A stretch of 64,000 bases of DNA from a virus. Both the position numbers and the translations under genes were made by a program. This document shows positions 28,530-36,509 of this stretch, piece by piece. The notes beneath the pieces were generated by a model. That model saw only the letters and a program-made list of their open reading frames with translations. It did not search any database and was not told the origin of the DNA. Each line of letters opens with the position of its first letter. The first letter of the stretch is position 1. The DNA lies in IMG/VR virus record IMGVR_UViG_3300045971_000528, positions 42,082 to 106,081 of that record; one strand, 5' to 3'.

Positions 28530-28670
28530 AAAATTCTGTGAGGAGCTTTGACTCCTCTCGCTAGCCCCTTCCCTAAGGCTTCTCCTCGAGACCGGCCGGG
28601 ACGTCGAGGGTCTTATCGCTTCTCAGTTTAGCTAGACGCCTTTCGGCGGCACCCTTGCGGGATTCTTGTG

Positions 28671-29273
28671 TTAGCGCAATGAAAGGACGCCATCCTTGAA
28701 GTGGAAACCATCAGCCATATTGGCTGGTTTACGCACGAGTTCTCGAAACGTGCGCTGCTCGCCAGAAACCGCAGCGATTCTTTGCTGTCCTGACGGATGG
28801 GTTCCAGATGCACCAGTGACGCTAAGCAGCTTCGTGAGGCCGGGTAGGATATTCAAACCAGCGTCTCGAGCTATTGCGACGCCAAGAAGATCGGCATCGT
28901 ACTCGCGGTTCCAGGTTTCTTGCTCATTCTTTGGTAGCACAGAGAGATCAAGTTGATGTGAGTGGCCCAATGCGCAGTGAGCAAGCTCGTGAGCAACCGC
29001 AGCAGTGAAGGCTTCACCATCCATACCCTTGAGGAAGGTTGATGACACCTGGAGGCGGCAACCATCGGTGTACACAACAAACGGAAATCGCGGTGCTGAC
29101 GAATCTTCCTTGATGGTGAGAGTTGCCGCGGGTACTCTTGGTGCGTAGTGCGCAAGATGCTCTACTACGGTGCGGGCTTCTTCTTGAGGCATCGCCTGTA
29201 TGCACGGCACAGTGAAGGCAGACAAGAGGATGAGCAGCAATCGAGCTGCTCGGGGCTTGATTTGTCGGTCCAT
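28671..29273 (-). CDS. M48-family Zn metallopeptidase, exported
   Basis: HELAH, EYDAD, THP motifs. Confidence 0.85.
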   Translation of the reverse strand: MDRQIKPRAARLLLILLSAFTVPCIQAMPQEEARTVVEHLAHYAPRVPAATLTIKEDSSAPRFPFVVYTDGCRLQVSSTFLKGMDGEAFTAAVAHELAHCALGHSHQLDLSVLPKNEQETWNREYDADLLGVAIARDAGLNILPGLTKLLSVTGASGTHPSGQQRIAAVSGEQRTFRELVRKPANMADGFHFKDGVLSLR

Positions 29274-29485
29274 AGATGCATTATACACCAATGGGGGTCC
29301 GCGTACAGGTTACAGTGTAACAACTGCCTGCATGTTCTCGGCTGCACTTTCCTACCTTGCTCCTGGATTCGTTGAAGCGATCTACGTTCGGGCGGCCTAC
29401 GAAAGTGTATCAGCACGCCTCAAGGCATTTACAACCTAGAGAGACGGAATACGGTAGCGAACCATTTTCCGTCTCTCATTCTGTT

Positions 29486-29560
29486 TGGTCAGGGACCTGG
29501 GAGTTGAACCCAGACTACTCGGCTCCGGACCGAATCGGCTGCCACACGCCTCCGTCCCTG
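29486..29560 (-). tRNA. tRNA-Pro(CGG), atypical (C33)
   Basis: C1:G72, A73, CCA. Confidence 0.65.
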
Positions 29561-29751
29561 TTGTGAGGGGGCTCAAGCCACTGGCCAGTGACTAACGACG
29601 GTATCCTGACAGTTAGAGCCGCGGCCCCACTTGCACATCCCGTTCTCGCTAACTTGAACCACTTTGTTCGGCCCTATCGTAGGCGCATCTTACGATGCCG
29701 AAGTAGCCGATGCTGCGCAAGCATCGATCTTCCTACGCCTAAGGACTTGAT

Positions 29752-29839
29752 TGGTGCGGGTGAGAGGACTCGAACCTCCACGGTCGCAATGACCAACGCC
29801 TTCTGAAGACGCCGCGGCTACCAATTTCGCCACACCCGC
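29752..29839 (-). tRNA. tRNA-Leu(CAG)
   Basis: cloverleaf, CCA. Confidence 0.9.
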
Positions 29840-29970
29840 AATATTCGTGGCCCTTTATTCGGCTTCCGCCTTATTCTCAAACCGGCTTGAACGGATCCTT
29901 AACCCACCCCGGTACCATTGGGTGGAGGAGCGACGGTACTGCATACGCCAACGCTGCAGTTACGACAACT

Positions 29971-30060
29971 TGGTGCCCTGAGTCGGACTCGAACCGACAT
30001 CCACTAGTTTCGTGGCCGACCTTCTCAGGGTCGTGTGTTTACCAATTTCACCACCAGGGC
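29971..30060 (-). tRNA. tRNA-Leu(GAG)
   Basis: cloverleaf, CCA. Confidence 0.9.
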
Positions 30061-30068
30061 AGAATACA

Positions 30069-30226
30069 TTGACAGCAAAGGAGCGAGACGGAGATTCCCT
30101 TTCGGGAAGACTGGTGCGTCTGCCAATTTCGCCACCACCGACAACGTTCATCGGCGGGAAGGACTCGAACCTTCATGCCCTGTTACGGGCGCCTGTTTGA
30201 GATAACCATACTCTATCGGCTGTCAA
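30069..30226 (-). ncRNA. Y-RNA-like element 3 (circularly permuted tRNA-Leu-like cargo)
   Basis: V/T arm, loop-closed acceptor stem, then D arm GGCGAAATTGGCAGACGC. Confidence 0.8.
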
Positions 30227-30305
30227 ATCTTGGTGGTTGACTCCACCTGCTGCTTGGCCTCTGCCGTAGATCAACGGTGACGGTTGCAGCGCCTTGCTAT
30301 TGTCT

Positions 30306-30394
30306 TGGTGTTCATTGGCTGGGAATCGAACCCGTACGGACGGCATCAGTCCGCGTCTACCAACCCAGATCGCCTTAGGGACTGGCCAATGAAC
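30306..30394 (-). ncRNA. tRNA-like RNA with 10-bp acceptor stem and extra arm
   Basis: GTTCATTGGC/GCCAATGAAC + ACCA; TTCGATT loop. Confidence 0.55.
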
Positions 30395-30400
30395 GAATTG

Positions 30401-30480
30401 TGGTAGCGGGGGCGGGATTTGAACCACGCGATCTCTAGCTTATGAGGCTAGCGGGAACGGCCAGGCTTCCCTACCCCGCG
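30401..30480 (-). tRNA. tRNA-Met(CAT)
   Basis: loop CTCATAA, C1 mismatch, CCA. Confidence 0.8.
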
Positions 30481-30794
30481 TCAGATTACTTGAAGTTGAA
30501 ATGGTCCAGCAGATCTGCTGGAATCGTGTCAAAGTGAAACTCAACAACTTCCAGGCCGGTACGAAGATCACGCGTCGAATCATGGATCGACTGGCGTGGG
30601 CCACGTGGCTGAGAGAGGTTGGTCGGTGGGCGCAGATCATCTCCATGGAGAGTCGTATTCACCCAATCGCGAACACCAGCATCACGGCTGGCAGATGAAC
30701 TACCGGTCATTTTCCTGGTCCTTTCACTGTTGAAATTCATGGGGCATGCTGAGCAAAATCCCCGAGGTCCTGCTTCCGCGGCCTCATATTGTTT

Positions 30795-30880
30795 TGGAGC
30801 GGGTGATGAGAATCGAACTCACATGCGACTTGCGTCTGCCGGCTTGGAAGGCCGGTGCCCTGCCAATGGACCACACCCGC
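30795..30880 (-). tRNA. tRNA-Gly(TCC) with long variable arm
   Basis: loop CTTCCAA, U73, CCA. Confidence 0.8.
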
Positions 30881-30889
30881 GTTAGTGTT

Positions 30890-30963
30890 TGGAGCGGAAG
30901 ACCGGAATCGAACCGGCGACTAAACGATGGCAACGTCTCGAGATACCACTTCACCACATCCGC
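30890..30963 (-). tRNA. tRNA-Gly(GCC)
   Basis: cloverleaf, CCA. Confidence 0.8.
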
Positions 30964-31219
30964 ATACGGGGGAATTCCACACCCCTCTCGATGTCAAGGC
31001 TTGCTGTCAGTACGGTTTCCCGTTCTTACCATGACCAGATCCACGAGTGAGACCATGTTCTTCTTGACGTCACGGCTTTCTGTCAAGGTCGCTTCCTTCA
31101 TCCCTCTGCATTTTGAGGGCCGTCCGTACGACTTGCGGTCGTAGAAGCTAACGTGGGGTGAGGGAAGGAGTGCGTGCCTTCATTACTCCACGACCTCCCC
31201 TGGTCGTGGCCTCCGAATT

Positions 31220-31327
31220 TGGAGCGGGATAAGAGACTCGAACTCTCGACCTGAACCTTGTTCTAGACACGTCATTTCTTCGATGCCTAGAGGCAAGGTT
31301 CCGCTCTACCAACTGAGCTAATCCCGC
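31220..31327 (-). tRNA. tRNA-Gly(GCC) with 32-nt hairpin insertion in anticodon loop
   Basis: canonical body; insert at 31260-31291. Confidence 0.8.
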
Positions 31328-31640
31328 ATGGCGCTGACTAGGCTGTCACAGCGCTGTGATGCATTCACCGGCTGGGCATGGGTAACCCATTCTCCTGCAC
31401 CTTCCAGCTGAGGACAGCAGCTGAAAACTGTTCGTGCGTGGTGGCACTTTCGAACGTACCGGCCACATTGCACTAGGGACCGACTGAACTTCAGTCGGGG
31501 ATCCACCACCTTGTTCAGAAGGGAACAAGGAACCTTGATCATTGAACTCAACGACTGCACATCCTGAGAAGGAATTTAACGACTTTGTCAGCAGTCTCGC
31601 GTTATAAAGTGGGGTGTCTCGGTTACTAACCCACACGTTC

Positions 31641-31878
31641 AAAAGGGTTCAACAGGTAGGAATCGAACCTACATCTCCCAGCTCCACGCCAGGGCTCTGA
31701 CCAATATGAGCTACCGTCGAAAGGGGTTGTCTTAGCCAGGATTTCGAAACCTGGACCTCCCGGGTACACCGGGCGTGCTCCCATTACACTACAGACAAAG
31801 GGGTTTGCTTCACGTAGAGTTCGAACTACGTCCTTCCGGTAGAAATCCGGGTGTGCTTGACCTTACACCATCAGCAAA
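31641..31878 (-). ncRNA. three tandem tRNA mimics with aberrant anticodon loops and no CCA
   Basis: D and T arms intact; each ends AACCC(C)TTT. Confidence 0.65.
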
Positions 31879-31881
31879 ACT

Positions 31882-31958
31882 TGGTCGGAGTACAAGGATT
31901 CGAACCTTGGACCCCCTGGTCCCAAACCAGGTGCGCTACCAGACTGCGCTACACTCCG
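31882..31958 (-). tRNA. tRNA-Pro(TGG)
   Basis: cloverleaf, CCA. Confidence 0.93.
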
Positions 31959-31967
31959 ATGAAACTA

Positions 31968-32084
31968 TTGCAAGCAAAAAGCGATGAAGGAGTTGCTCCC
32001 CGACTGGAGCTTGGAATCCCTTTCGAGACTCCATGGAGTCGAACCATGCATCTGTAAGATAACCTTCAACAAGCGGCTTGCGAA
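31968..32084 (-). ncRNA. Y-RNA-like element 4 (YrlA-type T-AS-D order)
   Basis: CATGG-TTCGACT-CCATG, GAAA-capped stem, D-like hairpin. Confidence 0.8.
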
Positions 32085-32093
32085 TTCTATTTA

Positions 32094-32199
32094 TCATAGA
32101 GCCCTTTGTCTGGGCGGCAGGATTCGAACCTGCGATCTATCGGGTCCAGACCGAGGATGTTGGCCAGGCTACACTACGCCCAGACAAAGGACTCTATGA
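32094..32199 (-). ncRNA. tRNA-Pro(TGG)-like body on an extended 23-bp stem, no CCA
   Basis: flanks TCATAGAGTCCTTTGT/ACAAAGGGCTCTATGA pair. Confidence 0.6.
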
Positions 32200-32210
32200 C
32201 TTCAATTCAA

Positions 32211-32268
32211 GAGAACAAAAGGCGTTGAGGGCTGTTTCATAGCCTGATAACCCTCAACAACGGTTCTC
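32211..32268 (-). ncRNA. Y-RNA-like element 5 (minimal, module only)
   Basis: GAGAACCG..GTTGAGGGTTATC..CCCTCAAC..TTTTGTTCTC. Confidence 0.7.
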
Positions 32269-32273
32269 GTATT

Positions 32274-32360
32274 TGGTGCGGGTAAGAGGACTCGAACCTC
32301 CACTCCCTTGCGGGAACAAGCACCTCAAGCTTGCGCGTCTACCAATTCCGCCATACCCGC
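32274..32360 (-). tRNA. tRNA-Leu(GAG)
   Basis: cloverleaf, CCA. Confidence 0.92.
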
Positions 32361-32433
32361 ATGAATCTCTCGAGGACGGTTGCAGCGTCCTCTTCCCTAA
32401 CCGGCTATTTGCAACGACCGGATCGGAGTACCT

Positions 32434-32509
32434 TGGTGGAGGATATCGGTCTCGAACCGATCACCTCAAGCTTGCAAAGCTAGCGCTCTCCCAGATGAGC
32501 TAATCCCCC
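32434..32509 (-). tRNA. tRNA-Ala(TGC)
   Basis: G3:U70, CCA. Confidence 0.9.
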
Positions 32510-32527
32510 AAAAATCTATCTTCAAAC

Positions 32528-32617
32528 TGGCGGGGTCGGTGAGATTCGAACTCACGGGCCGATTTCTCGACCGTCGGTTTTCAAGACCGGTGCGTTAGAC
32601 CGCTCCGCCACGACCCC
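32528..32617 (-). tRNA. tRNA-Ser(TGA)
   Basis: cloverleaf, CCA. Confidence 0.92.
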
Positions 32618-32623
32618 ATTGTC

Positions 32624-32701
32624 TTGCGTCCCGTACAGGATTTGAACCTATGTTGCCGCCCCGAAAAGAGGCAGAGTCCTGAGCCACTAGACGAACGGGA
32701 C
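32624..32701 (-). tRNA. tRNA-Glu-like with expanded anticodon loop, no CCA
   Basis: Glu-type body; 9-nt loop TCTTTTCGG. Confidence 0.55.
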
Positions 32702-32709
32702 AAACAAAT

Positions 32710-32785
32710 TGGTGGAGGCCGGGAGAATCGAACTCCTCTAGTCACAGTGCTTGCAAGGCACCGCCGGATCCCAATCACTGCCCCC
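32710..32785 (-). tRNA. tRNA-Ala(TGC), atypical D arm
   Basis: G3:U70, loop CTTGCAA, CCA. Confidence 0.7.
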
Positions 32786-32789
32786 AATT

Positions 32790-32873
32790 TGGTGTAGTCG
32801 GTTGGATTCGAACCAACGCGTCGTTAGAGACTGTTTTACAGACAGCCGGTTTCAGCCACTCACCCACGACTAC
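32790..32873 (-). tRNA. tRNA-Tyr(GTA)
   Basis: cloverleaf, CCA. Confidence 0.88.
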
Positions 32874-32962
32874 ATAATTGTTCCCCTAGTCAGGGGGTGA
32901 ACCTCAACTCATCACCGTTCCGCGGTACAAACGCGATCCTCCGAGTTGAAACTCATACATCT

Positions 32963-33048
32963 TGGTGGGTAGCCTAGGAGTCGAACCTAGTGTGCCGTAA
33001 GGCGGCGGGGTTACAGCCCGCTGCAGTCGCCAGTGCTGCTCGCTACCC
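32963..33048 (-). tRNA. tRNA-Tyr(GTA)
   Basis: cloverleaf, CCA. Confidence 0.85.
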
Positions 33049-33128
33049 ATGAATTTTCCATTTGGGAATCACACTTACCTTGGCTATCCCTTGCGGGCCC
33101 TCCGAAATGAGGGAGTATGATTACCAAA

Positions 33129-33203
33129 TGGTCGGAACTGTAGGGATCGAACCTACGACCTTCGCCTTGTAAGGGCACCGCTCTACCGCTGAGCTAAGCT
33201 CCG
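33129..33203 (-). tRNA. tRNA-Val(TAC)
   Basis: loop CTTACAA, CCA. Confidence 0.85.
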
Positions 33204-33407
33204 ATGTGGACTGTTGTTAGATGCCATCGGTGCAACAGCACGTCAAGTTCATCTTCTGCCAACAGTCCGTTCTTACGTTGTGCGTGATTACCCACAGACG
33301 ACTCCTCAGTGCTTGCGCACTTACGGTACACGTTTCTGCCTTCGACCTACACGGGCCGGTTATTTCAGGGCGGTCACAAACAGCGTAAGCTGTTGGCAAT
33401 CTTGAAT

Positions 33408-33419
33408 TGTTAAAGAGCA
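33408..33419 (-). promoter_or_regulatory. rrn-type boxA antitermination element
   Basis: exact TGCTCTTTAACA, preceded by a hairpin and two promoters. Confidence 0.85.
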
Positions 33420-33669
33420 CCTACTGCAACCAGTAGGAGGCAGAGACTGAATCCTTGTCTCAGTATCTGCAGTTGTTGAAGCTATTATACAACAGAGCTT
33501 CAACCTTGTACAACATTCTTTTGAAGAGATTTGGCGGTTGACTCGACCGTCTTGGGCCTGTAGGATCCGCGTTTTACGAGACAAACATCTTCAGAAGAAT
33601 GCTATCATATCACACTGGCTAAACTTGTACACACAAACTTTGTTTCAAACTGTAACCTGGAAAGCAACC

Positions 33670-33697
33670 AAGGGCAGAAGCCTTTCGGTTTCTGCCC
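33670..33697. terminator. hairpin between array B and the RNA operon promoters
   Basis: AGGGCAGAA..TTCTGCCCT inverted repeat. Confidence 0.6.
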
Positions 33698-33887
33698 TTG
33701 GGTTGGTAGGTGTTGTCCTACTTTATCCTTGGGCAGCCTCCGCTGGATAGGCTGGCGCGCATACTGCACTACCTGACCCGGTGGTCAGAAGAAGCGAGGA
33801 TGAAGGCAAGCCTAGAGAATTCACGGAAGATACTTCCTTAGTCGATGTTGTAATTCTATATATGCGGCGGGCGGGAAATGCACAAAT

Positions 33888-34283
33888 TCAGGTTCGAACG
33901 TATGGCGCATGTGCCACACACCGATGCACGATCTCGATCATCACCAACGGATTGCTGATGTCGATGTCCGTGTAGTCGCTGGACTGCCGTGGTGGCTGAC
34001 CGGGACCGGTGGTTTCTTGGAAGAAGTAGTAGCGCACGCGGTTGTGCTCCTTCTGGGTCCAATGTTTCTCAGGAGTGACGATGCGGAACTTGCCTTCGGC
34101 GTTGTTGCCCTTGATGAAGTCGCCGTGTGAGTCGCCGCTGCTGAACGTCCAGCCCTCCTTCATCAGAAGTGCACCAAATTCCTGTAGCTTTGGCTTCTTC
34201 TTGGGAGAGGCAGGGCACCGTGTCTCGAGGTAGTCCGAGAAGTCGAGGACCTGCTTGCCCAGGGAAATTTCAAAGAGCTTCAT
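33888..34283 (-). CDS. array-B paralog (MKLFEI leader)
   Basis: VLDFSDYL..LMKEGW. Confidence 0.75.
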   Translation of the reverse strand: MKLFEISLGKQVLDFSDYLETRCPASPKKKPKLQEFGALLMKEGWTFSSGDSHGDFIKGNNAEGKFRIVTPEKHWTQKEHNRVRYYFFQETTGPGQPPRQSSDYTDIDISNPLVMIEIVHRCVAHAPYVRT

Positions 34284-34609
34284 CGTGGTTGATCCAGCTG
34301 TGCAAACACATCATCAATGTTGAGGCCGCGCAGATCACGGAGATCAGCAACGTTCGCTGTGTAGATGCCTGAGAACTTGGCTGCGTATCCGGCCTTCATC
34401 CAATCGTCTCTCAGGTAGATGACATGCTTACCCTTGGTGAAGCAGTTGGTTTTGGACAGTTTGCCGGGGAGCCACTTCCAACCATCCTTGAAGAGCCGGT
34501 GCCCGAACTCGATGAAGAGCCGCTTGTCATCGTCATCGCAAGGACCGTCATCAAGCCAGTCCATGAAGGACATCACGTTGGCGCCAACAGAGACTTCAGC
34601 GAGTAGCAT
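34280..34609 (-). CDS. array-B paralog (MLLAEV leader)
   Basis: VMSFMDWL..LFKDGW. Confidence 0.75.
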   Translation of the reverse strand: MLLAEVSVGANVMSFMDWLDDGPCDDDDKRLFIEFGHRLFKDGWKWLPGKLSKTNCFTKGKHVIYLRDDWMKAGYAAKFSGIYTANVADLRDLRGLNIDDVFAQLDQPR

Positions 34610-35306
34610 ACGGTAGCTCCCCGCTAAAGATCCTGTCAATCTCTTTCATGCCGAACTTGTCAACTGACTTGAGCGCCCAGTGCTTATGGACTCGGCCGTC
34701 CTCTGTCCAGAAGGTTATGCCGCGGCTGTACTTGTGGCCAGTCATGGAGATGCGGTTCTCGCCCTTCTTGAAATGTGGTTCCTCATCGGGTTCATCAGGC
34801 ATCACTTGCACCCACTCATATCCATTCTTGAAGAGCAGATTTGCTACTCGCTGGTACTTGCGAGTGTCAGCAACTTCCTTGCGCATCCTCGAGTCGAGGT
34901 ATTCTGTGAATGCAAGTACGTCTGAGCCGAGCCCCTCTCTGATTGGTGCCGCATCATTGTGCTTGTTGAGGGTGTCGATGATGTCATGATCACGGAAGTA
35001 ACCGAGCGTGTAGGCGCCACCATTGCCAGCGTATGGCCTCATGATCACGCGGTATTGGGGCGGGTTGCCGTGGTAGGACCAGTTGATGATATTCTCACCA
35101 TCATGGAAGCTGCCACGCGGGTAGCCCATTGAGTCCTTGATCCATGACCACTGGAAGTTTGCCTTCAGCAGGCGTGCAGCGATCTTGCTTGCGATTTCGG
35201 GATAGTCTTCGGGCGTAGTGAGAGCAAGCGAAGCAATGTTGTCCTCGATGAAGTCGGCGACTTCCAGCGTTTGGCCACCAAGTGAGTAGATCTCGTGCAG
35301 CTTCAT
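34596..35306 (-). CDS. array-B two-domain paralog (MKLHEI leader)
   Basis: second unit after IREGLG: VLAFTEYL..LFKNGY. Confidence 0.75.
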   Translation of the reverse strand: MKLHEIYSLGGQTLEVADFIEDNIASLALTTPEDYPEIASKIAARLLKANFQWSWIKDSMGYPRGSFHDGENIINWSYHGNPPQYRVIMRPYAGNGGAYTLGYFRDHDIIDTLNKHNDAAPIREGLGSDVLAFTEYLDSRMRKEVADTRKYQRVANLLFKNGYEWVQVMPDEPDEEPHFKKGENRISMTGHKYSRGITFWTEDGRVHKHWALKSVDKFGMKEIDRIFSGELPYATR

Positions 35307-35659
35307 GCCTTGTCCTGCACTTCCTGGAGGTTGTCAGCGAAGTTGGCCAGCATGTCACCTACGTCATACATGTCAGTGGCAAACTCTGGCGGCATTGGTG
35401 ATGGCTGTGGGCGGCGGTAGATGACCTTGACGTTGTGCATGTTCTTGGGCTTCCAGTTGGGCTGTGGCATCATGACGATGTACCAGTCCCTGAAGAAACA
35501 GCCTTCGTAACCCTGCCACTGACCGAACCTCCAGCCCTTCTGGAACAGCTCGTTGGCCAGCTTGTCATAGAGCGGGCGCACCTTCACCCCAATCTTCTTG
35601 TCCTCCATGTAGTCCATGTAGGCCATCACGTGAGCACCAGAAATTTCGTCGAGCCTCAT
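35303..35659 (-). CDS. array-B paralog (MRLDEI leader)
   Basis: VMAYMDYM..LFQKGW. Confidence 0.75.
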   Translation of the reverse strand: MRLDEISGAHVMAYMDYMEDKKIGVKVRPLYDKLANELFQKGWRFGQWQGYEGCFFRDWYIVMMPQPNWKPKNMHNVKVIYRRPQPSPMPPEFATDMYDVGDMLANFADNLQEVQDKA

Positions 35660-36105
35660 TCGTCATCCTCTTGATCGAAGTAGGCTGGATCGGAGTTGTA
35701 CGTCTTGTAGCACCAGATGTTATCGCCATGGGCATAGCCGTGGTCGAGTGAAACGCCATGATCCTCCATGGCCTTGATGGCAGCTGCACGGCAGGATTTC
35801 TCGCTGATCGAGTATGCGTACACGTGGAACTCAGGGGCTTCCTTCATCTCGTGGAAGCCGGCATCGGTGACGGCCATCAACAGCGGGATGTTCGTGAGGG
35901 TGGTGATGGGCACGAGGTAGCCACCGAGCAGCTTGTCGACTACTTTGGAACCTTGGGCGGAGTTTGCAGCATCCTGTGCAGCTTCATGGGATGGGAAGAC
36001 CCAAACATTCTGGATGTTCTTCTGCCAGATAGATCCACGTGGCACAGCAATGAAGCCCTGCATATCGAGAGGATCACGCCAACCCAGAATCTCGAAGACC
36101 TTCAT
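35656..36105 (-). CDS. array-B gene (MKVFEI leader)
   Basis: leader; unrelated body. Confidence 0.7.
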   Translation of the reverse strand: MKVFEILGWRDPLDMQGFIAVPRGSIWQKNIQNVWVFPSHEAAQDAANSAQGSKVVDKLLGGYLVPITTLTNIPLLMAVTDAGFHEMKEAPEFHVYAYSISEKSCRAAAIKAMEDHGVSLDHGYAHGDNIWCYKTYNSDPAYFDQEDDE

Positions 36106-36509
36106 CGAGCGAATGCCTTCGTTAGGTAATCGCTTAGCTGGCTAGCTGCGTGAAGATCCTTGTTGAGCTTATCCCAATCAATGTTGGCAGCTTGCTTGAC
36201 GGTCGTCTTGTCGATCAGCGCATTGATGCCATCATGGAGATCATAGACAATGTTCTCGACATCAGTGAGGAAGATGAACTCGAAGCCTGAGGCATGGCGA
36301 TTCAGGAGCATCGCGATGTTGAAGAACGGCATAGCAAACTCGATCTCGTCATCTTCAATGGTGATGTCGGCACCGGCCTTGATGAGCTTCATGCAGAGTG
36401 TCTGATGATCAGCGATGACCTGGGGATCGACGCCTTGATCATGCAGTTGCTGAAGAGCTTCGCCCACATCTGCTGCGGCACCGCCGCCTGAGACTTCGTC
36501 GAGTTTCAT
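36102..36509 (-). CDS. array-B gene (MKLDEV leader)
   Basis: leader; L..KLIKAG motif. Confidence 0.7.
   Translation of the reverse strand: MKLDEVSGGGAAADVGEALQQLHDQGVDPQVIADHQTLCMKLIKAGADITIEDDEIEFAMPFFNIAMLLNRHASGFEFIFLTDVENIVYDLHDGINALIDKTTVKQAANIDWDKLNKDLHAASQLSDYLTKAFAR

Noticed and set aside
26354-33584. Many short ORFs overlapping tRNAs
   Set aside because: They are translations of tRNA/ncRNA sequence with no RBS or protein-like features.
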